A DNA stretch of 64,000 nt from Nitrospirota bacterium (GTDB lineage Bacteria; Nitrospirota; UBA9217). The first letter of the stretch is position 1. Every line of letters starts with the position of its first letter. The notes under the pieces were generated by a model that saw nothing but the letters and a program-made list of their open reading frames with translations, was not told the origin of the DNA and did no database searches. This document shows positions 51,693 to 62,443 of this stretch, piece by piece. The stretch is from assembly GCA_963754875.1 (NCBI GenBank), contig CAVWHO010000008.1:379066-443065 (forward strand), written 5' to 3'. Position numbers and translations under genes: made by a program.

Positions 51693-54390
51693 CTACTTCG
51701 CCATCTCCCGGAGCGTGTCTTCCAACTCCTTCAGATACTTCCCGTACCCCGTCCAGTCCTCTTTCCGGATCGCCTCCCGAGCCTTGCGCAGTTGCTCCAA
51801 AGCCCTGGCGCTCAGCTCTTTGGGCTGCAGTACGACCGTTGTTGCTGCGCCTTTCTCAGCCATGCGCATGCTCGGCAGCGTGCCGGAGAATAATCGCTGT
51901 ATCGCGGCCTCGAGCGTTTCTTCCATCACCACGTCGTCTCCATATGCAACGATGACCCGGCGGAGTTCCGGCAGGCCCCCCTTGTCGGTTGCCACAAGGT
52001 AGAGGGGCTGCACGTAGATGAGCGAGTCCTCGATCGGGAACGATGAGGAGGCTCCCGCGGATCACATCGGAGCCGTGCTGGCCCCAGAGTGTCAGCTGCT
52101 GCGAGATGTAGGCGTCCTGGTCGATTCGCGCGTCGATCTGCCGCGGCCCGAAGACCAGACGGTCGCGCGGGAAGGTATACACAATGACCTGGCCGTAGTT
52201 CTCTCCGTCGCAGCGCGCCGCCATCCACGCGGCCAGGTTGTCGCGCTTCGACGGCGTAAAGGGCAGGAGCAGGATGAACTCTTCCGCCTGATGGCCCGGG
52301 AGCTTCGTGATCTGGTAATAGGGGTCCATGACCTTCTGGCGGTATGACGGCACCTCCCAGAGGTCTTCCTTGTTGTAAAACACCGCGGGGTCCGTCATAT
52401 GGAACGTCTTGAACATCTGGGCCTGGATCTGGAGCAGCGCCCGCGGATAGCGTATGTGCCTCCTCAGGTCAGCCGGCATCTCGGCGACGGGCTTAAAGAG
52501 CGTCGGGAAGACCGCGGCATAGGTCTTTGCCATGATGTCCTTCTGGTCCACAACATAGAACACGACGCTGCCGTCATAGGCGTCCACGACCACCTTGACC
52601 GAGTTGCGGAGATAGTTGACCCCATTCTGCAGCGGCTTTGAATAGGGCAGGTTGCTGCTCTGCGTGTACGCGTCGATGATCCAGGACAATTTTCCGTCGT
52701 CGCCAATGACCATGTAGGGATCGGGATCAAAGGACAGGAACGGCGCGATCTCCCTCACCCGCTTTATAATAGTGCGGTTATAGAGGATCCGGCTTTCGTT
52801 CGTCACTTCGCTGGACAGGAAGATATTGAAGTTTCCGAAGTAGACAGCATAGAGGAGCCGCGACAGGACCGACGTGAGCCGGACGCCCCCGTTGCCGGAG
52901 TAGACCGTGTAGACGTTCTCATTGGTAGTCGGGTAGCTGAACTCCTTCGTCTTGGTATTCACGATCACGTAGTCGTTCGGGCTCTCGCCGTAGTATATTT
53001 CGGGACGGGTCACCTGCGGCCCCGCACTGGTGGCCGGAGGGATGTCCTTGATGTAGAACTCGGGCAGGCCTTCCTTGGTGATGCCGCTCACCGGCCCCAG
53101 AGCCAGGCCGAAGCCGTGGGTGAAGACGAGTCGCTCGTTGATCCATGACTTTCCCGGAAGATCTGCGTAGGACAGTTCCCGCGGGGAGAGCGCAACCTGC
53201 CGGTAATCGCCGTTCACCGTATAGCGGTCGTTGTCCACATCGCGGAAATGGTAGTACGTCCGGATCTGCTGCAACTGGCTATAGGTCTTGAGAAGCGGCT
53301 CTTCGTCCCAGAGCCGGATGTTCTGGATCGAGGAAAGGTTCTTCCGAATGTCCGTAAAGGTCAGCTGTTTGTTCGCGGCAAAGGGCTGCATCTCTATATT
53401 CTCCAGGCCGTAGCCGAGGCGGGTGAACTTAATGTGGTTCGCAAGATACGGCTGTTCCAGCACACTCTCGTTCGGCGAGACCTGGAAGTTTTGTATCGCA
53501 GCGGGATAGACCTTCAGCCCCAGAAAGTATGCTGCTGCAAACACGACGAGGGTGATCAGCGGTACGGAGAGGGATCGGTGCGTGGCAAAGAGGGAGACCA
53601 CGATTGCCGTTGCAATTGCGAGCACTGCCATGACAGCGAGCATCACGAGACGGACGTGCACGTCAGTGTACGAGGCTCCGTACAGGACGCCGTGTTCGCT
53701 GAAGAGCAGGCCGTACCGGTCAAGGAAAAAGCTGTAGGCGAGGCTCAAAAGGAACAGCGATACCAGGACACCGAGGTGCCGCTTCATGGAGGGGGCCGCG
53801 GAAATGAACCTGTTGGATATCACGAGGCCGCCCCGCAGCAGATAGACCGCCGCTACCAGGATAGCGGCGATAAGGAGGAGGCTGCGCACCATGGTGTTCA
53901 TTGAGTCGATAAAAGGATATTGGAAGAGAAAAAACGAGATGTCCCTGCCGAAGAGCGGATCAGCGAGGCCCGCGGGCATACGGTTCAGAAACAGGAGCGC
54001 CTGGTCCCAGTACTGCATGCCGATGGAAAAGGCGATCAGGGACCCGGCGAGCGCCACGAGAAGCGAGACCCCGTTCAGCACACGGTTCAGATCAATGTGC
54101 TGCAACTGCGGTATGTTTTCCCATATCGGATTCACCATGCCGAGCGGGAGCCTGTGCTTCCCCGCAATGAGGAGATTGATGAAGAGGATGAGAAAGGTTA
54201 TCGCCCCAAAAGCGAGCCCGATCAGCAGCTTTGCCTCGTAGGTCTTGGTGAAGATCGCTTCAAAGCCGACCTCGCGGAAGAACTGCCAGTCCACCAGGAA
54301 GGAAACGGCCTCCCGTGCACCGGCAAGAAGAATAAACGCCACACCAACAGCCGAGATGAGTAATATGTTCCTCGGTATTTTTTTGATCAT
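51693..54390 (-). CDS. UPF0182 family membrane protein, with an apparent frameshift near 52037
   Basis: DPLFGRDISFFLF, GASYTDVH, NIRLWD, QLQQIRTYY, LVFTHGFG and NYLRNSVKVVVDAYDG motifs. Removing one C restores GSLLIVPIEDSLIYVQPLYL and joins ORF 51693-52013. Confidence 0.9.
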
Positions 54391-54451
54391 TGCGCCCCCC
54401 TCTTTTCTTCTATCCGGAGACAATTTGCGACCGATTCGTTTCCTTTTTGCA

Positions 54452-54856
54452 TCACCGATCTGTTTTGACCTCAAATAATGCAATGCCGGCAATAGCTTTA
54501 ATGACCTCAAAATGCCGGTCCAGTGTCAGCATTGTTACTTTATTTTCCTTTGCCGCAACTGCCAGGTAACAATCGGAAAGTCCGATCGATTTGCCTTTTC
54601 GTAACAACGCATGAGACAATTCGCCGGCTGCCTGCCACAGATCGATTGACTCGTCGAGAAACTCAAAGACATGCCTGAAGTCACGCAGGATCGAAAGCTC
54701 CTTTTCCGACTTCGCACCCTGGATAAGTTCTGCCAAAACAATCCCGGCGCAGCAGACCCGCTTGTCATCCATAAGGCCGGAAACAGTGCTGTGCCAGGGC
54801 TCTTTCTTTTTGAAGAACTCGATCCATACGGATGTATCCACCAATACCTTATCCAA
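54452..54856 (-). CDS. vapC: PIN-domain toxin
   Basis: VLVDTSVWIEFF, VLAELIQG, SDCYLA and TLDRHF motifs. Confidence 0.9.
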   Translation of the reverse strand: MDKVLVDTSVWIEFFKKKEPWHSTVSGLMDDKRVCCAGIVLAELIQGAKSEKELSILRDFRHVFEFLDESIDLWQAAGELSHALLRKGKSIGLSDCYLAVAAKENKVTMLTLDRHFEVIKAIAGIALFEVKTDR

Positions 54857-55058
54857 GTCTCTTATCTCCGTGCCTGAGCCGGTCCGCTGATTTCGTAAAC
54901 TCCATGTTCCCGGCCATGGTCTTGATCCGTTCCTGCTTTTTCATCCTGATCTCGTCTCGGATAGCTGTAATAACGGCATCGGTCTTGCTCTTTGCCTTGA
55001 TCTCGGACATTAACTCCTCCAGCAACATACTGGGCAATGTTATGGTTGTTCTTGACAT
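54849..55058 (-). CDS. vapB: VapB-type antitoxin
   Basis: RTTITL..LLEELM..KSKTDAV ribbon-helix-helix-like pattern; overlaps the vapC start; GGAGG RBS. Confidence 0.85.
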   Translation of the reverse strand: MSRTTITLPSMLLEELMSEIKAKSKTDAVITAIRDEIRMKKQERIKTMAGNMEFTKSADRLRHGDKRLG

Positions 55059-55267
55059 ATAAACCTCCACTATTTATATGCTATAAGTTATCATAAAAAT
55101 ACCTCTATTTCAAGCATAATACATACCTCCTGTCTGTATCGTTCCATCGTCCGCACATCTTCTGTAATCGGCGTAAGTTTCGATATCATCTTATGGATAT
55201 CAAGAACAAAATCTCGAAATATTTTATGCCTCCCTCTCGACAGTCCGGCTTATGTTAGAATCAGAGC

Positions 55268-57730
55268 ATGGAGATATCGGCCGGCAATAAAAGCGCCATT
55301 CTGAGGATCATATTCGCCGCCTCGTTCGCGAGTCTTTCCTATGAATTGGCGCTCATGCGCATCTTTTCCATCTCTCTCTGGTACCACTTCGCATTCATGG
55401 TCATCAGCATCGCCATGCTGGGTATCGGCGCGAGCGGGAGTGTACTTTCTGTCGTTCCCCGCCTTAAAGACAATCGCCTCCTCCCGCTCTACGCGTTCCT
55501 GCTCGCAATCAGCATTCCTGCTTCCTATCTTCTTGCCAATGTTGTCCCCTTCGATCCGGCGCGGCTTTCCTGGGACAGGTTGCAGCTCCTTGCCGTCAGT
55601 CTCTACTACGTCATCCTCTGCGTTCCCTTTTTCTGCTTCGGACTGATCGTCTCCACTGCCTATTCCACTCAATCGCACGCTGCAAACGCTATTTACGCAT
55701 CGGACCTCCTGGGAGCCGGCGCCGGGGCCCTTGTCATGATCTGGCTTCTTTCCCTCGGCGGGCCCGAAGCGAGTGTACTCATCGTTTCCATACTCCTTGC
55801 CACTACGCTTCTCTACCGTCCCGTCGACTGGATGATCCGGTTGGTTTCCCTCCTGTTGATAGCCGTGAACATGGGCGTCCTTTTTCTCAACCCATCCTTT
55901 CTCCAGACCAGGATGTCTCCCTACAAGCCCTTTTCGCTTGCCCTGCAAACCCCCGGCGCTGAACACCTAAGCACGGTGTACGGCCCGTACTCGCGTGTCG
56001 ATCTGTTTAAAAGCCCGTCGATACGGTTCGCACCGGGCCTGAGCTTTACCTATCTCGACCCGCTGCCCGAGCAGATCGGTATTGCCGTTGACGCAGGCGA
56101 CATCTATGCCATGACCGATGATACAGACAAAAGCAGACTCGCCTTCATCCGGTCCCTTCCTTCCAGCCTGGCCTACCGGATGCAAAAAAACCAGGACGTT
56201 CTCATTATCGAGCCGAAGGCCGGCCTCGCGCTGCTCACGGCCCGGCAGTTCGGGGCCAGGACGATATCTGCCGTTGATTCGAATCCTCTTCTCCTTCGCG
56301 TGATGAAGGAATACGGTCGCACGCATGCTGCGCCTGTTTATGAGCACCAGGTGTGGGCCGGGCTGGCGCGGACGTGGCTTGCCGGATCAAACAGAGCCTT
56401 CGACCTGATCGACCTCTCGCTCATGGGCTCATGGCCTTCCGCAGCCTTTGGATTTGCAGAAGACTATCGGTTTACCATTGAGGCGTTCGAGCAGTATCTG
56501 GCCCACTTGAAACCCGAAGGGTTCCTCTCCCTTAATCTTTATATCATTCCGCCTCCGAGAACGGAACTTCGCCTCCTTGCGACCCTCGCCCGGTCTGCGG
56601 AATCGTCCGGCATCACCGATCTCTCCCGCAATGTGGCTGCCGTGCGAAGCTGGGACACCCTGACCGTACTCATGAAACGATCGCCGATGACCAGAGAAGA
56701 CATTCGACGGATCAAGACCTTCGCGCACGAGAAAAGGTTCGACCTCGTTTACTATCCCGGCATGAGGCCGGAGGAAAGCAACGTCTATATCAAGCAGACG
56801 GGAAATGAGTATGCTGGGGCTTTCCAACTCCTGGTGAACAGGGAGACCCGGGACCGGTTCATGGCGGATTACCTCTTCGACATTCGGCCTGTCTCCGATG
56901 AACAGCCCTTCTTCCATTATTACCTGAAGATCGGGAATATGAAGGCGATCTATCGCGTCATGGGAAAGAAGTGGCAGTACTTCATCGAAGAGGGCTACCT
57001 CCTGCCCGTCCTCTTTGTTCAGGTGCTCGTTGTGAGCGCGATTTTGATCCTCCTGCCGCTCATCAAGCTGAGAAGGAAGGGGGCAGCAACCGCAAGAAAT
57101 AATACCTTCAGCACACTCTCCTACTTCGCTCTGCTCGGCATAGCCTATCTGTTCGTCGAGATCGCATTCATCCAAAAAATGATACTCAGCCTCGAAAACC
57201 CGTCGTATGCGGCAAGCACGGTCATTGCGTCAATCCTGATCAGCTCCGGTATGGGAAGCGCATTGAGCGGCCGTATAAGGCTGCTGAGCAATCCCCGTAT
57301 CCTTCTCGTTCTGGCAAGCATTACGTTTGCTTACAGCCTTCTCTTGCCCGCGATTATCGGGACCATGAACCATTATCCGCTGATGACAAAGATCGCCCTC
57401 TCTTTTATCATCGTCATGCCTGCGGGCATCCTCATGGGGATTCCCTTCCCGCTCGGCATTTCGGTCGTCGGTTCGTCTAATCCTGATCTCATCCCCTGGG
57501 CGTGGGCCGTGAACGGCTGCTTTTCGGTGATCGCCCCCGTCCTCGCTATCATGCTCGCCTTGTCTGCGGGATATCATACAGTTCTGCTTACGGGTGCAGC
57601 GGCTTATCTGACCGCTTTTTGGGTGGCCCGGCAGGAACCGGATGGCGACGGAGAGACGCGGAAAAAGTCCGGATCGGTGTTGACCCAACGCGCGAAAAGC
57701 AAAACTTTTTTCGGCAGGATTACAGGATAA
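55268..57730 (+). CDS. Membrane spermidine-synthase-like / SAM-binding protein (TM-enzyme-TM architecture)
   Basis: ELALMRIFSISLWYHFAFMVISIAMLG, YASDLLGAG, YLAHLKPEG, SDEQPFF and IPWAWAVNGCFSV motifs. Confidence 0.85.
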   Translation: MEISAGNKSAILRIIFAASFASLSYELALMRIFSISLWYHFAFMVISIAMLGIGASGSVLSVVPRLKDNRLLPLYAFLLAISIPASYLLANVVPFDPARLSWDRLQLLAVSLYYVILCVPFFCFGLIVSTAYSTQSHAANAIYASDLLGAGAGALVMIWLLSLGGPEASVLIVSILLATTLLYRPVDWMIRLVSLLLIAVNMGVLFLNPSFLQTRMSPYKPFSLALQTPGAEHLSTVYGPYSRVDLFKSPSIRFAPGLSFTYLDPLPEQIGIAVDAGDIYAMTDDTDKSRLAFIRSLPSSLAYRMQKNQDVLIIEPKAGLALLTARQFGARTISAVDSNPLLLRVMKEYGRTHAAPVYEHQVWAGLARTWLAGSNRAFDLIDLSLMGSWPSAAFGFAEDYRFTIEAFEQYLAHLKPEGFLSLNLYIIPPPRTELRLLATLARSAESSGITDLSRNVAAVRSWDTLTVLMKRSPMTREDIRRIKTFAHEKRFDLVYYPGMRPEESNVYIKQTGNEYAGAFQLLVNRETRDRFMADYLFDIRPVSDEQPFFHYYLKIGNMKAIYRVMGKKWQYFIEEGYLLPVLFVQVLVVSAILILLPLIKLRRKGAATARNNTFSTLSYFALLGIAYLFVEIAFIQKMILSLENPSYAASTVIASILISSGMGSALSGRIRLLSNPRILLVLASITFAYSLLLPAIIGTMNHYPLMTKIALSFIIVMPAGILMGIPFPLGISVVGSSNPDLIPWAWAVNGCFSVIAPVLAIMLALSAGYHTVLLTGAAAYLTAFWVARQEPDGDGETRKKSGSVLTQRAKSKTFFGRITG

Positions 57731-57859
57731 ATTCCGATGAAAGCCCAAAAGTTTTTAGCATCCAGTTCATCCTGTTATGCTGGCGAAGGTTTTGGTTTTG
57801 TTTCATCGGTCTGAGGCTGAGCCTCGCTAATCTTTATCCGGAAAGAACGGCATGTACGT

Positions 57860-58345
57860 ATGGATATACACTATTTGGCGGATCGCCGAGAAGTAATATC
57901 GATTCTTGCTGCCTGGATATACAACGAGTGGTCATATCTGTATCCAGAGATGACGCAGCAGGATGTCGTAAACTTTTTACTGGAGAGGATTAATAAAGAG
58001 AAACTCCCCCTTACTCTCGTGGCCTTCGAAGCTGGAAAACCCGTAGGTACGGTGTCACTGAGGACATTTGAGATGGAAACGAGAAGAGACCTGCTGCACT
58101 GGCTTACCAGTCTCTACGTCATTAAACCCTGGAGGAGAAAGGGGGTTGGCTCAAGTTTGGTAAAGGCTGCGGAAAAAAAAGCCGTTGAATTAGAGATAAA
58201 CAAACTGTTTCTCTTCACAACTGATATCGCTCTTCCCGAGCACTTCTATTCAAAATTAGGCTGGAACGTAAAAGAAAAAACAACCTATCACTCATATCCG
58301 GTTATCATTATGGAAAAAGACATTTACCGCAACCTGAGGAAGTAA
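57860..58345 (+). CDS. GNAT family N-acetyltransferase
   Basis: WLTSLYVIKPWRRKGVGSSLV and FYSKLGW motifs. Confidence 0.9.
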   Translation: MDIHYLADRREVISILAAWIYNEWSYLYPEMTQQDVVNFLLERINKEKLPLTLVAFEAGKPVGTVSLRTFEMETRRDLLHWLTSLYVIKPWRRKGVGSSLVKAAEKKAVELEINKLFLFTTDIALPEHFYSKLGWNVKEKTTYHSYPVIIMEKDIYRNLRK

Positions 58346-58389
58346 TCATAGTTTTACGAGAAGCTAAGTTTCATAAATTCACGGGAAAG

Positions 58390-59565
58390 ATGGAACAAAA
58401 AGCCTCCAAGATTCTGGTCCGGGACATCATGCTTGAGTTTGCCGATCTGACCGGGCTGTCATCTACACGGGAAGCGCCTCGGCGCTACTTATGGACTGAC
58501 GCTTTTGCCGTCTGCAACTTCCTCGAGCTTTATCGTCAAACGAATGATGAGCTCTACAAGCAGCTCGCTCTACGCCTCGTCGAGCAGGTCCAAAACGTAC
58601 TCGGACGACACCGTGACGATGACCCGCGAACCGGCTGGATCAGCGGTCTCAATGAAAAAGAGGGCGCCATGCACCCCACGCGGGGCGGGTTACGGATCGG
58701 AAAGGGAATGAACGAACGCAAGCGCGATGATCCGTATGATGAACAACGGGAATGGGACCGGGACGGACAGTACTATCATTACCTGACGAAATGGATGCAC
58801 GCTCTCAATCGGATAAGCCGGGTCACGGGAGATGCGACCTTCAACAGATGGGCGATAGAGCTTGCAAAAACGGCGCATGCCGGGTTTACCTACGCTCCAG
58901 CGTCCGGAGGCAGGAAACGCATGTACTGGAAGATGAGCATTGACCTCTCCTATCCTCTCATATCATCGATGGGGCATCACGATCCTCTCGACGGGCTCAT
59001 CACCTACCTCCAACTTCAGGCGACTGCGGCAAAAGCTTCTGAAAAATCTGCACGGCTCGACCTCAGCGCAGAGATTACCGACATGGCCCCTATGTGTGAA
59101 GGGCTACGGTGGGAAACAGATGACCCCCTTGGCATCGGCGAGCTCTTGAGCACCGCATACAAACTGGCTCAATTGATACTCATCGAAGGTCTTGAGCGGA
59201 CAGACCTTCTGGACGTTCTCCTGGGTTCTTCCCTGGTCAGCCTGCAGTCCTATGCGAGCAGTGCCCCCTTAAAGCTTCCTGCTCAATACCGGCTTGCATT
59301 TCGGGAGTTGGGATTGTCCATTGGATTACACGCAAATGAGAGGTTGCTGGGACTGATCAAACAAACACCACGCGATTTCAACGGGAAACATCGGCTGCAA
59401 TCGCAATCCGAAAGCCTGATGCAGTATATGCCTCTCAGTGATGGGATCGAGACGTATTGGCTTGACCCCTCAAACAGACAAGCGAGCGGATGGACGGCGC
59501 ATCGTGATATAAACATGGTAATGCTGGCAACCAGTCTGGCCCCGGACGGATATCTCTCACTGTAA
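58390..59565 (+). CDS. Conserved hypothetical protein, helical
   Basis: 391-aa ORF with motif-like blocks RRYLWTDAFAV, DGQYYHYLTKWMHAL and MYWKMSIDLS. Confidence 0.8.
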   Translation: MEQKASKILVRDIMLEFADLTGLSSTREAPRRYLWTDAFAVCNFLELYRQTNDELYKQLALRLVEQVQNVLGRHRDDDPRTGWISGLNEKEGAMHPTRGGLRIGKGMNERKRDDPYDEQREWDRDGQYYHYLTKWMHALNRISRVTGDATFNRWAIELAKTAHAGFTYAPASGGRKRMYWKMSIDLSYPLISSMGHHDPLDGLITYLQLQATAAKASEKSARLDLSAEITDMAPMCEGLRWETDDPLGIGELLSTAYKLAQLILIEGLERTDLLDVLLGSSLVSLQSYASSAPLKLPAQYRLAFRELGLSIGLHANERLLGLIKQTPRDFNGKHRLQSQSESLMQYMPLSDGIETYWLDPSNRQASGWTAHRDINMVMLATSLAPDGYLSL

Positions 59566-59586
59566 TAGGTCGTGCGAGAAAGAGTT

Positions 59587-60315
59587 CTATTTCTTCCGTA
59601 TCTCTCCCGTCATCGGCACGAAGGCAACAGGGCACACCTGTTCAACGTCAAGCTCGTTGTTCCGTTTTGTCGCGAGGGTAAGCGTCTGGAAGTAGACCGT
59701 GCTGCCGAGCGGCACGATGAGCCTGCCGCCTTCTTTGAGCTGTCTGACAAGCGGCGGAGGGATATGGTTGGCCGCAGCCGTTATAATGATCGCATCGAAG
59801 GGCGCCTGACTTTCCCAGCCGAAGTACCCGTCACCGAATTTAATTGTAACGTTCCGATACCCGAGCTCAGCGAGGGTCTTTGTCGCCCTGTCAACAAGAG
59901 GCCGGCGTATCTCGATGGTATAGACCTCTTTCGCGATCAGAGCCAGCACCGCAGCCTGGTAGCCTGACCCTGTCCCGATCTCCAGCACCCGGTCAGCAGG
60001 TCTGAGCCGCAGGACTTCGGTCATGAGAGCAACGACATAAGGCTGTGAGATCGTCTGGCCTTCCCCGATCGGCAGGGGATGGTCTCCGTATGCCCGGCTT
60101 CGGTACGATGCATCCACGAACAAATGCCTCGGCACCTTCCCCATCACATTGAGAACTACCGGATCTTTTATGCCTCGCTCTCTGATGTCCTGCTCAACCA
60201 TCTGCTGTCGCTTGCGTGCAAACTGGTCCCCGGCAAAGGAGGGGACAAAGGAAAGAAAGAGAATGATAAGGGAAAAGACCGGAATTTGTAAAGCGAGTTT
60301 CGAGGATACGGTCAT
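59587..60315 (-). CDS. pcm: Protein-L-isoaspartate O-methyltransferase with signal-peptide-like N-terminus
   Basis: [44 protein letters not shown] and FVPM motifs. Confidence 0.93.
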   Translation of the reverse strand: MTVSSKLALQIPVFSLIILFLSFVPSFAGDQFARKRQQMVEQDIRERGIKDPVVLNVMGKVPRHLFVDASYRSRAYGDHPLPIGEGQTISQPYVVALMTEVLRLRPADRVLEIGTGSGYQAAVLALIAKEVYTIEIRRPLVDRATKTLAELGYRNVTIKFGDGYFGWESQAPFDAIIITAAANHIPPPLVRQLKEGGRLIVPLGSTVYFQTLTLATKRNNELDVEQVCPVAFVPMTGEIRKK

Positions 60316-60726
60316 AGACGCATCACCTCCCGTCTAATTATGGCATAATCGAAGGAAGAGGATTTTTTTCGGGTGCTCTAAAGCGATCTAACGAGGTGTG
60401 CGATGGACAGTGGAACATTTTCTCAACAGGAAGATGCACTATAGGGCTCTTTGTAAATGTATTATTGCAACTGCAGTGTATTGATGACTCTTTCGACCTT
60501 TAGATGGTTTTTTGTTATTATAGTGATAGAGGAATATGTTCGACGAATTGAAGCAGGACATGCCGGCAATCATTAAGAACGTCATTGACCGGCAGCCCGC
60601 GGTTGTGGCAGCGCATGTTCGCAAAAGATTTTTTCCTAGTGCAGGGGACAGAAGTGCGATGGATCGTTTACTCGATTTGCGGCGAGTTTTTAATTGTCCG
60701 AAAAAGAAAGGACAGAGAGACGGAAA

Positions 60727-61254
60727 ATGGAAAACACATCTTTTTTCGACGATGAAGCCGGCGAAAAAGCCCGGAACAGATATCGTTTGGCCATCTTCCT
60801 GAAATTGCTGTGGACCTCGCTGACGCTCTTATCGTTGCTCGTTGTGCTGCTTTCCTTGGCTATCTTCCTGGGGTGGTGGGCGTTTATCCTTCCTTGCTTG
60901 ATCGGCCTTCTGGCCGGCATCTCTATTACTGCAGGAGTTTTGACCTCACTCCAGAATAGGGCTTTGATCACACTTGTCTTGGGTGTGCTGACGCTGCCTG
61001 GCTTGGCCGTTTATTTAAGCATCATGGCCGTGAACAGTCCCCGGTCATTCGACGCCGCAAGCTCGGCGCTGCTGCCCTTTACGGTCTTTGCGCTGGCCGC
61101 TCTCATCGGAGGTCTCAGCATCGTGAAGATATGGCAGAACTTGCCGGTCAAGGAAAGAAATAAAGATGAGGAAAAAGAACCGGTCCCGGTTTTGACACAG
61201 GCAAAGAAGGAGCATGCGAGCCATGAAGAGTCTGATCTCGACAAAGCTGCTTAA
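60727..61254 (+). CDS. Hypothetical 4-5 TM membrane protein heading the ATP synthase operon
   Basis: Hydrophobic ORF overlapping the next gene; ATG 60727 or TTG 60694. Confidence 0.65.
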   Translation: MENTSFFDDEAGEKARNRYRLAIFLKLLWTSLTLLSLLVVLLSLAIFLGWWAFILPCLIGLLAGISITAGVLTSLQNRALITLVLGVLTLPGLAVYLSIMAVNSPRSFDAASSALLPFTVFALAALIGGLSIVKIWQNLPVKERNKDEEKEPVPVLTQAKKEHASHEESDLDKAA

Positions 61255-61423
61255 GATCGTCGCCATTTGGTCGTTGATCCCCAGTTACATTGTGGCCGGT
61301 GGCGCCATCGGATATGGTCTGGACAAATGGCTCACCACCTTTCCTTATCTTACCGGAGCCGGCATCCTGGTCGCTTTTAGCTTTGCCGTCCGTGACATGA
61401 TGCGGCTTAAGAAAGAATGGTAA
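61214..61423 (+). CDS. AtpZ/AtpQ-type small ATP synthase accessory protein
   Basis: GGAIGYGLDKWLTTFPYL motif, two TM segments, directly before atpB. Confidence 0.8.
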   Translation: MRAMKSLISTKLLKIVAIWSLIPSYIVAGGAIGYGLDKWLTTFPYLTGAGILVAFSFAVRDMMRLKKEW

Positions 61424-61444
61424 TTGGAGGCCGGAGGCGGATCC

Positions 61445-62152
61445 ATGTCTGAGACCTTGCGGCATTTGATGCCCTATATCGTCATCTTCAATTTCGCTCT
61501 GGTGGCGCTGGTCTTGATCGCGCTGGCCTTCGTGGCGACCCGACGGAAACCGTCTGAAGTTCCCGATGCGATCCAGAACGTCGCAGAATATGTCCTGGAG
61601 TGGTTTGTGCAGCAGGCCCGGGACATGCGCCCCGACGGAGTATCGGTGATCGCACCGTTCCTCGCCAGTCTGTTCCTGTTCATCTTGTGCTCCAATCTTT
61701 TGTCAGTCCTGTCGTTCCCGATCATAAACATCCCGCCGACGTCGTATTACAGCGGGACATTGACGCTGGCCCTGATCGCCGTTATCGGGGTCTTGGTCAT
61801 CAGCGCCCGATTCAAAGGCGTTTTCAGCGCTCTCAAGCATCTCTTCTGGCCCAATCCGCTCCAGATCATTTCCGAGGTCGGTCATACCCTTTCGCTCTCC
61901 CTCCGGCTGTTCGGCAATATCGGCGGGGAATTCATAGTCGCCCTGCTGGTCGTCAAGGCGGCTCCCTACGGTATACCCCTGATTATTCACGCCCTGGGCC
62001 TGATACCGGCCTTTATTCAGCCGCTGGTCTTCACCCTCCTGACGGCGAACTTTCTGGCTGAAGCCATCCATACCGAAGAGAATAAATTTCAAAAGGAAAA
62101 ACGTCAGGAGGTTACATCAGTCAAAACGCCGTCTTCCGGGCCAACACGGTAA
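61445..62152 (+). CDS. atpB: F-type ATP synthase subunit a
   Basis: IQNVAE, SLFLFILCSNLL, LSLSLRLFGNI (essential Arg) and FIQPLVFTLL motifs. Confidence 0.93.
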   Translation: MSETLRHLMPYIVIFNFALVALVLIALAFVATRRKPSEVPDAIQNVAEYVLEWFVQQARDMRPDGVSVIAPFLASLFLFILCSNLLSVLSFPIINIPPTSYYSGTLTLALIAVIGVLVISARFKGVFSALKHLFWPNPLQIISEVGHTLSLSLRLFGNIGGEFIVALLVVKAAPYGIPLIIHALGLIPAFIQPLVFTLLTANFLAEAIHTEENKFQKEKRQEVTSVKTPSSGPTR

Positions 62153-62188
62153 GAGACAAGAAGAGACCTTCAGAAAGGGGGAAGCTCA

Positions 62189-62416
62189 ATGCAAGCAATC
62201 CTCATGATATTCGTCCCGACACTGACCATCGTCCCGGCAGCCATCGCCGCGGCATTTGCCATGAGAAAAATCTCTCATGCGGCCATCGAGGGCATGACGA
62301 GACAGCCGGAAATAGCACCCCAGCTGTTTACCGCCATGCTTGTCGCCATGGCTCTGGTCGAAGCCCTGGTGATCTACTGCCTGGTCATCGCGCTGATGGT
62401 GGCGGCAAAGATCTAG
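62189..62416 (+). CDS. atpE: F-type ATP synthase subunit c
   Basis: RQPE loop; ion-binding Glu58 in ALVEALVIY. Confidence 0.93.
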   Translation: MQAILMIFVPTLTIVPAAIAAAFAMRKISHAAIEGMTRQPEIAPQLFTAMLVAMALVEALVIYCLVIALMVAAKI

Positions 62417-62443
62417 ACTGACCGGGACCGAAGGAGCCGGTAT

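Noticed and set aside
54452..55058. vapBC as a marker of a mobile island
   Set aside because: No integrase, att sites or tRNA nearby; an ordinary chromosomal toxin-antitoxin pair.
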